Assembly (NCBI GenBank): GCA_002104905.1
Contig: MCFE01000401.1
Location: 1 to 64,000, forward strand
Reading direction: 5' to 3'
DNA length: 64,000 bases
Origin: Basidiobolus meristosporus CBS 931.73
Taxonomy: Eukaryota; Fungi; Basidiobolomycota
In this document: piece after piece, positions 23,701-35,356 of the stretch
Position numbering within the stretch: the first letter of the stretch is position 1
Layout: each line of letters begins with the position of its first letter
Made by a program: the position numbers and the translations under genes
Notes under the pieces: generated by a model
What the model saw: the letters and a program-made list of their open reading frames with translations, nothing else
The model's database searches: none
Told to the model about the DNA's origin: nothing

Positions 23701-26700
23701 TATTTGAGGCAAATTCAGATCAGAAAGCCACAGAAATCATTGGCCAGCTGCCTGATGATGCAATCAACACAAATGAAGAAGATACGTACCAAATCCAGCC
23801 AGAGATGGAAGATACTTCTACCACTTGCAGATCAGAACAGATTATCCCAGTTAGGAGATCTACCAGAATAAGAAATGCCCCTGGATCTTGGTAGCAGACA
23901 TCCAATGATCATGAAGAAGCTTATCTTGCCCTATGTGCTAAACCTCGGAATCTGGAACAGGCAATGCAAAGTCCAGATGCTACTAAGTGGCAACAAGCCA
24001 TGCAGGAGGAGTACCAATCACTGATCATGGCTAAAATGTGGGAACTGGTAGATTTACCAAATGGGAGAAAGCCAATAGGATGTAGATGGGTCTACAAGAT
24101 CAGGATATCCTCAAATGGTGCCGTTGATAAGTACACGGCTAGATTGGTGGCTAAAGGCTATTCCCAGATCCAGGGACTAGACTTTAAGGAAACACTTGCT
24201 CCAGCCGCCAAGTTTAACTCCATTAGGACAGTTCTAGCCTTGGCAGCTGTACAAAGTCTAGACCTACTCCAAATGGATGTCAAAACAGCCTTTCTAAAAG
24301 GGGATTTGCAAGAAACTCTATAGTGTAAACAGCTCAAAAACGGTGTAATCATCCTAGCTCTTTATGTGGACAACCTAATTATGGCTACAAGTGATCAAGA
24401 GGGCTCAAATATGGACCAAAACTTTCCCTATCAATCAATGGTTGGTAGCCTAATGTACTTGATGGTGTCTACACATCCAGATATTGCAGTGGCAGTTGGA
24501 ATAGTCAGTCAATTCATGCAGAATTATGAATCAGATCAAATTGCTGCAGTTAAGCGGATTTCCAGATATCTACAAGGTACCATATATATGGTACTGGAAT
24601 ACTCTGAAGCAGCTAATAGGCAAAAAATTGATGGTTATAGTAATTCAGATTGGGGTAGGGATCTGATTGACAGCAGCACTACCACAGGCTATGTATTTCT
24701 TTATGCTGGTGCAGCTATCACTTGGAATTGCAAGAAACAACCAACTGTGGCCCAATCTACTACTGAAACTGCATATATGGCTGCATGTCAAGCAACTAAG
24801 GAGGCTATATGGCTACAAAAATTATTCAAAGACTTATGTTTTAGCATGGGTGAACCAACTTGTATATGCAAGGATAATCAAAGTTGTATGTCATTGGCTA
24901 GAAGTCCTATTAATCATGCCAGAACTTGGCACATTGATATACAGCATCACTTTGTGAGGGAAGCTGTAGAAAATAACTTAGTAGAGTTAGTGTACTGCCC
25001 AAATAACAAAATGGTTGCAAATATATTGACAAAACCACTAGCTAGGTCACAATTTGAGAATCTCAGAGAGGAATTAGGATTAAGAAATTATTTAGTTGAG
25101 GGGGAGTGTTGAAATATTGGACTATTTGGTATCATTCTGCAGCCAAAAGATTACTTAACAATTCTGGACTAGTCTTGGTCACTGTGGGACTAATTTACAG
25201 TTCTAACTTAGCCACTTTCTTCAGATCTATGATCTTATGATTATTCCCCCATAGTCCGGATCAAATTAGTATAATACTAGCTATTATGTACTATTCCTGA
25301 AACCGTTACAGAATGCTCCTGAATATTGAGAAACTTGCCTTACTTAGTGTTACAGCTATATTACTTCTACAAAGGTATAAATACTGAGCTTCTGTATTAA
25401 TAAACAACAGCTCAACTATTATCACTATTCCTTGATAAGTTCCTTTTATCCAAATCACTTCTTAAATTGCAACATTTTCTACCCAGAGTGCTTTGTCATG
25501 CCTACTTCCTACAGATGGCCTACTTGACAGGATGATGTTAAGCTCAAAGTCAGATAGTGCCTGAAACTTGACACTATGTGCCTTTTATATGCCCAAATGA
25601 AAGTGCCTCTGCCCTCCAGAAGGTCTATTAATATCTGACTGGGAAGGTATCCAGAATACTCCTGTTGTGGAACCTGTCACAGAACACTCTGGGATATGAA
25701 AGCCTGTTAGAGCTTCTGAATGAGTTTCAGACTCAAGTAATTAATCTCCTACATGATATAATGGTAGAATTATGTGGATTCCAAGAGCAACATGCACAGT
25801 ACTCTTCAAGGCAACAGTTCCAGAGTATCAGACTGAGGGTAGGTGAAAACCTTGAGGAATTAGAAGGTGGGCTTCAAGAAGAAAAATACAAGCTATGGCC
25901 AACTGCACCTATTGAACCAGCACACCTTGTGGGATTCAGTCCAGTCCATGCTGACACCCTTTACTTGAGTGCCACACACCAGGTTGATGCACATTGGGTG
26001 AGTGTATGTGGTTCAAAGCCAAGTTTCCTGAATTTGTCAAACTGCTCAATTGGGCACAAGTCCTTTAGAGCAGGCCAATTTGCATCAATAGGTTGCATCA
26101 CATCAGATTCAGCCAAAGGCCATGGCAATATATCAAGTTGCGCTTTTGTGTCCTGTTACACCTGATCATCAGCAAGTTACTTCTGGTCTGCCTGCACCAC
26201 AGGAGCCATTGGTAAGTAAACAAACACATCAGCATTTGGCATTTCAGGACAGTTCTGCTGTGGTAGTGTAGAAGGAGGTATGTAGTAGTGCAACAACAAT
26301 CCATATAAAATGCTTCCATGGTATTCCTTGTGATAAAAAAATAGAAGACAATAATGCAGTTGTGTTAAGTTGCTATTATTGATCATGATCCAAATAGCAC
26401 AAACTTTTGCAATCCAAACAAAGCTTTTGTAAAGCAGTGACCATTGAAATTTAGGTGTGAATTATATGGCAGTTGTCTCACCTGTGAGACAGAACCCCTA
26501 AAGATAAGCACCCTGCATAACTGTACAGCATCTGTAGCACCAGTACAGCAATTTGATCTGTCTAGCACCTACCTGGTTGGTTGCATGCTAGCAATGACTC
26601 CAGCTCCAATCACTAAAAGCATGGATTTACTTGCTTAATTGGTAAGATGTAGTATTTGTAGATGGATCAGGTAGCTTGTGTGTTGGACATTGAGCCAATT

Positions 26701-27085
26701 TGGGGCTCACAGCTATGGGATACATTTAGGTAAATCAATCACTGACATACCAGCCATTTGTAGCTAGGGTAATCAAAATGGTAAGTATTAGTGTAGATTG
26801 TAGTGTGATAAGCATTTAAATCTATTTACCTCAAAGAAACATTTCTGGACACCAGATTTAACCTGCCATAATAGTGGTGTCCAATTGCACATGCAATGCA
26901 AGCATATTGAGTAGGTGGGCCAGCATCATTGTGTCAGATTGTGCCGTAGTGTACAAGATTGTCCCACATAGTGAAAAATTGCCTAATGGCAATCCTTTCT
27001 ATTGGTGGCTACAGCATTGCCCCTGATTGTTCTTAAAAATCCAGGATTGTGCCACAGGCCTGGGTACAGTACATTGGAACAAGTC
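20790..27085 (-). mobile_element. Element H copy 3 (DDE_Tnp_4 transposon, inverted, internally deleted, interrupted by Copia-1c)
   Basis: 21030-21206 and 25480-25740 are the reverse complement of the transposase at 48340-48950; 25740-26150 is the second ORF; terminus cattGGAACAAGTC|TA at 27085. Confidence 0.75.
21207..25474 (+). mobile_element. Ty1/copia family 1 copy c (older, many stops, two deletions in RT)
   Basis: LTRs 21207-21572 and 25107-25474, clearly more diverged than copies a and b; TSD TTTTC; ORF fragments 21781-25112. Confidence 0.95.
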
Positions 27086-27244
27086 TACTATGTATATGGT
27101 ACAACTTGACAACTGTCATACACTGGCAATAAATGGCTCAGAGACTGTACTGATACCAGCATGTAATAACAGTTGCATGGAATGCACATATGTATATGAC
27201 ACCAATGGGCAGTGTCTAACATGTCAGTAATCCATTACCATTGA

Positions 27245-27356
27245 ACTAATATTACTGATTTGATATACAATACTGATCTAGTTATGGGCTAAACATCAAC
27301 TAATTGATCTGACCAAAAACTGATCTAACTTATATATCAAGCAGTAAATTATCACA
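27245..27356 (-). repeat. Fragment of a gypsy family-B LTR
   Basis: Resembles 42185-42291 (actgatttgat..ttgatct..aagcagt..atcaca). Confidence 0.55.
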
Positions 27357-30300
27357 GTACTTCCAGCCCTGCTTGTGACATGCTCTTGAAGAAGTTTTAG
27401 ATTTTTATCACTGTCAAGTCTTTCACTGCTATTATGAATGATAGCTTCATTTACTGAACCACATTTTCTCTTTGATAAATGTTGCACCTATGTGACTGTT
27501 TCTGCAAGCCTGTTGCTTATAGGCACTCTGCTGGCCACTTAATATTTCTTTGCTGCATGTTATAAGCATTCAGACCTTCTAGGTTTAACTAGTGAAATAA
27601 CCTGTCTCCATGACATTGTCAGGAACCCTGTGGCTTTATACCTCTGTTAGTTCAATGGTATCCATACATTCTGTTCTTCAGCCAGCCCTGCAAGGTCTAG
27701 CACCTGATCTACTGGACTTTACAATAAATCCTTGCAATATTCATGTGCTTTTTCTTCAGCACTGCTCTTGCCAAAGCACTGCAGCCTCTTGGTGTGTCTA
27801 TTGATGTTACAAGGTTCCTCTGTAGTTATAGTGGTTGTGTACTGAGTTTATGGCAGTGTTGCCTTCTCTGACAGTGGGATCTCTACTCTGAATACAATGG
27901 AGGATGTGGAGGCAGTGTTGATGAGTTGCTTTTCTTGGTAAATCCTTCTTCCTTACTAGAGTATAGCACAACTGGCTGTACTACTAAATTGTGAGAAAAC
28001 AGCTTTTGTCTTGTTGGCAATTCTTCTTGGCTATCATGAAAATGAGCCTGTTGTAGGCTGATGGCATGAATTGGTGAGAACTGCAGCCTTTTTATTATGC
28101 TTCCCTGCCTGATTGCACCTAGCCATACCTGTCATTTTGTGCAAACTGAGTCAGGTAAGCCTGTACAAGCCTGGCCAAGTTTCAATATGATATGAGACTG
28201 CACCAATAGAAAATATTTGAAGGATAGTTTAAGGAGCCAAGTGAGCCCTACTGGTGATTGAAGTGATGTCATGGATAGAGGATTGTCATGTTTCTACAAA
28301 TATCAATAAAGGGGGCTTTGAGATACTACAATTTCTTGGCAAAAATTTTTAATGTTGCAGTTTATCATGCACATGGTACAAATGGACAACTGTCATGCAG
28401 CTGTTAATGTATGACACAAAGACTGTCCCAATACCATCATGTACAAGCAGTTGCATGGCTATCACATCAGAAAATGGCAGTGTTGCATGGTGTCCAGCTA
28501 TTCAGGAATCCACCACCATAGGGGGAAAATATTGCTCACACTCTGGATATATTCCAGTAGTACCCCATCTAAAAAAGTTCAGGTAGTCCAACAATTATTG
28601 TGAAGCTATAAAGTACTGCACTCAGTATCAATCAAGCACAAACATATCAGATATATTTGATGGCAAACATTACAAGCTGTAAAGAAGCAAGGGCTACTTT
28701 GAAGGTATGTATAACCATGCCTATGCATTGGTACTTGATGGACTCTCACTATACCAGTATTCTGCCAGCAAATCATCATATTGTAAATTACCATCCAACC
28801 TAGATATTTACCTGTACCCATTCCTGGAAGAATATCTTCATGCTTTCCAGCAGGAAACTATTAAATGGCCACCATATCAAAGTGCATATCATTTTCTGCA
28901 TTTGAGATACCCTAGCCATCAGCAAGATGGCCAGCTTTTCTGTATACAATGGATGGTACTACTGTCAAATGTTTGAAATTCTGAGGATTTGCCACATAAC
29001 TCACACATATTATTATTGTCCAAATACTAGCACTAAGAGCAACATCTTCCCATAAAGGGGACATACAGAAGCTAGCACACAATTGCAGCAAAATTGGCAG
29101 CCCACAAGTCATTGGCAGGAGCATGGAATATATTGGAAATTGGAGCTACTTGACATAGAGGGTATCTGTTGGAGCAAAAGCTTTTCACTGTGAGCAATGC
29201 CTTTGCTTTCAGCAATATCCTCATACTAGTGACCAAGTTGTACATGGGGCATTTACGCTGAATGAGCCCTTCAAGACACCAGTGTAGTGGGGTCACAGTG
29301 ACACCCACAGGCAGATGTGTTTCATTCTTATGCGTTCACTTCCCTAAAAAGGATTACCCCGCCTATATTATTATCATCCCAAATTTGCAATATTTCCTAT
29401 TTTTGTCTATGTGATTATTACTATGCAACCTGACAAACTATTTGTCACTATTAACCCATTGCACAAGCTATTCTTATTCCTTGCCAAGATGCCAAGATAA
29501 GATAGTTACCTTATAAGGCAAGTACCCCAACAGTGCCCATGTCACGTGACCATCTTGGTTTCATAACCCCCATCTCACTACCATAAGAGGCAACCACATG
29601 ACACAGAGGTTTCATATTACCACTACCTGATTGGCTAGGTGCTACTATGTCTCATGGAACAATCTGCCAAGAATTTGCGCTATTTTTAGTACACAAAGAC
29701 ATGATTGGTTGTCTACTACCTTCTGGAAACTTCTGGAAAGTATTTTCTAGCAAGAAATTGAGCAGCAAAAAAGTATATAAGGGAGGCTATCCCTTAAAAT
29801 AAATCATCCCTCTTCCAATATTCCGACTTATTGATTAGTGAGATCACCGCTACCTATTACCACTATTTTCTGACTCAGACCTGACGACACTCCCAGGAAA
29901 CCGCGCTGACAGCCAACTGACCTTGGAGGCACTACTTGTGAGGAATACTCAGAGTAGGTATATTTTATTATATTTGTTTGTTTTCCCAAGTTTGTTCTTG
30001 TACAGGCAAAGATACTTTTCAGTCTTTGTAACTATTGGTCAAAGCTGCATTCTTATCAAGTCCCTGTTGGTGGAGTTTACAGTTGTTTTGACTTTGGAAG
30101 CTTTAGTACATTGTCATCTCAAAGGACGTCGAAAGCCATTATAAGCTTTTGTTAAGACGCCAACTAAGTTGGGGATTGTAGTTCAATAGTTTTCCCTTGA
30201 CAAGCTTGAGGCTTTATCCCCCATCACATTAGATTAGACAAAAGACCCAGTATTCCTAGCAAGCTTTTTCCAGAGGTTATCGCACCCAGTGAACACCCCA

Positions 30301-30366
30301 CACACATTCACACTTGAGAAGTGTTGGCCGTATTTTGCCCTCTGGACTTATACACCACCACATATT

Positions 30367-30383
30367 TGGCACCCAACGTGGGG
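30367..30383 (+). promoter_or_regulatory. Primer-binding site, tRNA-Lys(CUU)-like
   Basis: TGGCACCCAACGTGGGG, 4 nt after the 5' LTR; one mismatch to the known Lys1,2 PBS TGGCGCCCAACGTGGGG; host tRNA not checked. Confidence 0.65.
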
Positions 30384-30502
30384 GGGTCATACAAGCTCCC
30401 TAGGACCCAACAAGATTTACCTGAAGATTTGAGCCGTTACCCATTTATTGTAACAAGACTACCGATATTATCAAGACTATAACACCGACCTACCTACCCA
30501 AA

Positions 30503-33500
30503 ATGAACTCTATGCCATTACCACTTTCACATGGAGCCCCACAGTTTGATGGAAAGAATGTGGAGAGCTTCATATTCAAATGGGAGAAGCTCTGCAAGAT
30601 GTGCAGCCTATCTGAACAAGAAATGGCTGAAGACTTCCCCTACTACTGCACCAATGATATTACCACTAAGATTCTCAGACAAGGAGACATTCTGACTGAC
30701 TGGACCTTAATGAAGACCTACCTACAGACCAAGTATGGCAGACCCCAGATATACTATGGAATTGAAGACCTCAGACACTTTGGAAGAATGGGACTCTCCA
30801 AGCTACCACTTGAAGAGTTCATTCAACAATATGAAGATATGGCCAAGCCACTCCTAGAGTCCCAGGCAATAACTGAGTTTACCATGACACTTTACCTTGC
30901 ACAAGGGCTTCCCCAGGAATTGGCAAGGAAAGTTGACCTACATGCAGCCAAGGATGACAAGTCTGGCATTCCTTGCTTTGCAGAGATGAAACGTGTACTC
31001 CTAGAGGCAAAGCAAACTTCTACCTTTATGAGACTCCTGACATCTAATCTGCCAGACCAGCCAACTAAGGAGCCAAAGAGTGCTGTTGCTGACAATCAGA
31101 CCTACACTACTGACAGAATTGACCAACTTGCTGAACAGCTACAAAAGCTAGCCCTCAAGATTAATGGCTCAGCCAAGGAAGCTACTGAGGGCCAAAGAGC
31201 TCTGCCTAGACACTGCATTTGGTGTGACTCTACTCAGCATGCCAGACGTGAATGCTCAGAGCTTAGCCAGCTACTTAGAGAAGGAACAGTACAGTTTGAT
31301 GCTGATGGAATGCTTGCTGATAAGGAAGGAAAAAGGATTCCCACTAATTTCTGGAGAGGTGGAATGAGAGCCCTTTTCCAGAAGTCTGACTCAGCAACTA
31401 GAAAGATTACTGTTGATGCCCCTATTGAGACTCATACAGTGAGTCCAAACAGCCCTGACAACAGAAAACACAAAGTAGACACCTTTGCTACTAAGAGACA
31501 CCTTCCTGAAGAACCTGTTAAACCCATCCTTAGAAGACCACGATTTGAAGAGCCTGAGGTTATTATTGACAAGAGGCCTGGAACACTGCCTACCCAAGAC
31601 CCATTACCCCACTTTCAGATGACCTCAAAGATAGCAAGCTACTCAAGCCCCCAATTGATTACTGAGAAACTACTGAAGCAGAACCTCACTTTGTCAGTTG
31701 GAGAAATCATGAGTGTATCACCGTCTGTTAGGAAGACCTTTGATGAGCAGCTTGGAACAAGAAGACAAGCTGTTGAACATATGGACACCCATATAATCCA
31801 GACAAACCATGAAGACCACAAAAAGGATGACAATGCTACCAAATATAAGACCTTTTACTCAGTTGCAACTGCTATGGTGAAAGGGTATATTTATGATGAC
31901 CCTGTTGACTGCCATATTGACAGTGGTTTGGAGATTTGTGTTATGCCGCTAGACTTCTGGAAGACGCTTAGAAGCAAGGAGCTACTGCCTGTAGATAGAG
32001 ATATTGGATGGAACATGACTGATGCAAACTCAGGATCTAGTCCACTCTATGGTGTAGTGCACAAGTTCCCTATTAAGGTACAAGGAATCAAGGTCTGGCT
32101 TCCCCTCTTTATCTGCCAGAAGGCAAACTTTGACCTTCTGTTAGGCAGACCATGGGAGACCAGTACTAAGGCTACAACCACCAACTATTCTGATGGGTCA
32201 GTGTAGTACACTATACAAGGATCCAACCCAGGACTACAGTCAACATTCTGTGGGGTAACACCCAACAATAAGAGGACACATACCGCCTGCCAGAAGACAC
32301 AACTTGTTATAGAAGAAGATGAGGAGCCTGACAATATACACCCCAACAGTTGGAGCTGCTCATTAGGTATACAGGAGCAGACAGCTATGGTCTGCACAAA
32401 ATACAAGACAGTAGAACAGAAGATTAGACCATCACTTACACCTTTAACTGATGGATCTTGACCTGCTGATTACATCAGACCACCAGAAGGAACACCAGAA
32501 GATATACGACTTACACCTGAGAGACTTAAGCAACTTATCATTGGTGATGGAAACCTAACACCGAAGGAGATCTTACTATTTGAAGAAACCCTGAAAAGGC
32601 ATGATAAGGTTTTCTCATATAACGACAAGGAGATGGGACTCTTAAAGACATTGGTTGAAAAACCTATCAAGATTTATACAGTGCCCCACACACCCTGGTC
32701 ATTTAAGCCTTACCCACTACCTAGAGGACTCCAAGCTGATGTGCATGACCTACTTAAGAAGAAGATTGAAGCTGGTATCCTAGAACCTTGCCATGGACCT
32801 TATGCTAACAGATGGTTTGTGACCAAAAAGAAGAATGGGAAGCTCCAATTCATTCAAGACATGCAACCTGCAAATGCTGTCACCATCAGAGATGCCGCAA
32901 TACCTCCATCTATTGATGACTTTGCAGAAAGCTTTAGTGGTCACTCCATCTACTCAACATATGATCTCTACTCAGGATATGACCAGATCCCCCTAGATGA
33001 GACATCAAGAGATATGTTTGCACTCCAGACACCATTTGGACTGCTAAGAATGACAAGACTTAGCCAAGGGGCAACAAACTCCGTGGCTCAGTTCCAGAGA
33101 TGCATGGTAAATGTGCTCTACCAGTTTATACCTGAGAAACTTGCTGTCTTTGTTGATGACATAGGCATCAAAGGACCAAAACTCCGGGACACAACTGAAG
33201 TTATGCCTGGAGTAAGAAAGTTTGTCTATGACCATATATCAGACAATGATGCCATATTAGGAGCCATTGAAGAAGCTGGACTCACCATCAGTGGTGAGAA
33301 AAGCAGCTTTGGTGTATCAGAGATATCCATTGTTGGGCAAAAATGCAACACCTTTGGTTGTTCACCCAGAGACTCCAAGACACAAAAAATATGCAACTGG
33401 CCTACCCCCACAAATCTAACACAAGCTTGTGGCTTTGTGGCAGCTTGTGGGTTCTTTAGGATCTGGATCCCAAGATTTTCTGAGATAGCAGAACCAATCT

Positions 33501-35356
33501 ACCAACTACAGAGAAAGAATGCCCCATTTAACAGGGGAGAAGAGCAAGAAGAAGCCGTGCAATTACTAAAAGAGGCCTTAGTATCTCCACCAGTTCTGAG
33601 ACCTCTTGACTATCAGAGCACTGAATGCCCACCTATCTTGACAGTGGATGCAAGCCCTATAGGAGCTGGAGCACTACTTGGCCAAGATGATGAAGATGGC
33701 AACCGCTATGCCTGCAGATATGAGCGCTGCCTCTTCTCTCCTAGAGAACAAAGATACTCACAGATTAAGAGAGAGCCACTAGGAGTTGTGAAGATGCTGA
33801 GAAAGCTGAAATCACAACTCTACATGACACATTTCATCCTGGAGACAGATGCTAAGCCACTTATAGGAATGATCAACAAGCCTGACCTACCTGATGATGC
33901 CACAAATCGGTGGATGGCATGGCTGAAAATGTTTGACTTTGAGGTCAGACATATCCCTGGCAAGACAAATGTTGTGGCTGATGCACTCTCTAGGAAGGGA
34001 CCACAGTTGTCTGAAGATATGGACACTGACTTTGATGACATAATTGATGCAGAAATCCAACAACTACACGTGAAGAAGCCCAGCAACTCTATGTGGAACA
34101 CCATTCAAGACTATCTGAGAACCTTAGAGAAGCCACCAGGAATGAGCCCACATGATTTCAGAAAGCTCAGGAAGAAGGCCCATCATTTCTACATAAAAGA
34201 TGGCCTCCTCTTCAAACAAGTAAAGCCTGGACAGACACCAAGGAGAGTTATAGTTGAGCCCCAGGAACAACTGACTATTATGTCAAGCCTTCATGAAGGA
34301 AGACCTGGTGGTCATAGAGGCAGAGATGCCACTTACAATGTTGTTTCCAGTAGATACTACTGGGAGCATATGTATCATGATGTCCAACACTTTGTTGAAT
34401 CTTGTGACATTTGCCAAAGAAGGTCAACCAAGAGATATGAGGAGCCACTCCATCCAACCTACACACCTTGTCTATGGCAGAAGGTTGGCATTGACCTGGT
34501 CCACATGCCAACTGCTGGAACCAAGAAGTACCTTGTTGTTGCCAGAGATGATCTGAGTGGGTGGGTAGAAGCTCAAGCCCTATCCAATAACAAAAGCCAC
34601 ACCATATGGAGATTTATTCTTGAAGATATAATATGCAGATTTGGCTGCATCAGCCAGTTTGTTGCTGACCAAGGAGAAATGACCTCAAATTTGATCCAGG
34701 AACTCTGCTCACAATACAAGATTCATATTGCTTTCACCACCGCTTATCACCCACAGGCCAATGGAATGGTTGAAAGAGGCCATGGCCCGTTAGTTAACTC
34801 CCTGGTCAAGAGCTGCAACAACATGACACTACAGTGGCCTACACAACTTCATCTAGCACTCTGGGCAGATAGAATCACTACAAAGCGCAGCACAGGTCTA
34901 TCTCCATTCAAATTGCTTTACGGACATGATTGCGTTCTTCCCATAGAGCTTGACTCAATATCCTGGAACATGCTAGAGTGGAGAACTACAATGAGTACAG
35001 AAGAACTACTGACTACACGCATCAAACAGCTTGATCACCATGAACTTGATATTACCCAAGCAGCTGCTAAACTCAAAGAGACAAGACTTCAGAACAAGGA
35101 ACCATTTGACAAGTCACATAGCCTTAGACCAAAACCATTACTGCTAGGAGATCCAGTACTACTCTATGATTCCACTTTAGACAAGCAGTGGAGTCACAAA
35201 TTTGACAATAAGTGGTCTGGCCCATATATTATCTCTAAGGTGATTGGAAATGGAAGCTACTACCTGTCTGAACTTGATGGAACACCGCTAAGAGCACCTG
35301 TGGCAGGAAACCGACTTAAGCTATTCAAGCACCGGAATTTTGCACATCACATTTAG
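30503..35356 (+). pseudogene. Single-frame gypsy gag-PR-RT-RH-IN polyprotein with two in-frame stops (TAG 32204, TGA 32459)
   Basis: ORFs 30503-32206 and 32633-35356 share one frame; HIDSG protease, FVDDI RT, TVDAS RNase H, H..H..C..C, VGIDL and GMVER integrase, GPY motif; no chromodomain seen. Confidence 0.93.

Larger units (their letters stand above)
13845..27235 (+). mobile_element. CACTA/EnSpm-type element copy F, remnants split by Copia-1b, a gag fragment and element H3; boundaries approximate
   Basis: 13845-14657 and 19349-20780 match 50150-53280 with deletions; transposase sequence resumes at 27088 (match to ~53360-53480). Confidence 0.6.

Noticed and set aside
29285-29307. Small hairpin GTGGGGTCAC-A-GTGACACCCAC at the LTR-A start
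   Set aside because: It is conserved across copies but short; terminal U3 hairpins are common in LTRs and nothing here indicates a distinct function.
29923-30144. ORF inside the family-A LTR (also 36036-36293, 41132-41485, 45538-45810)
   Set aside because: It is LTR sequence, and the frame and strand are not conserved among LTR copies.
32204-32206. TAG after gag-PR as programmed readthrough
   Set aside because: It lies after the protease rather than between gag and protease, fits a TGG-to-TAG change, and a second stop follows at 32459.
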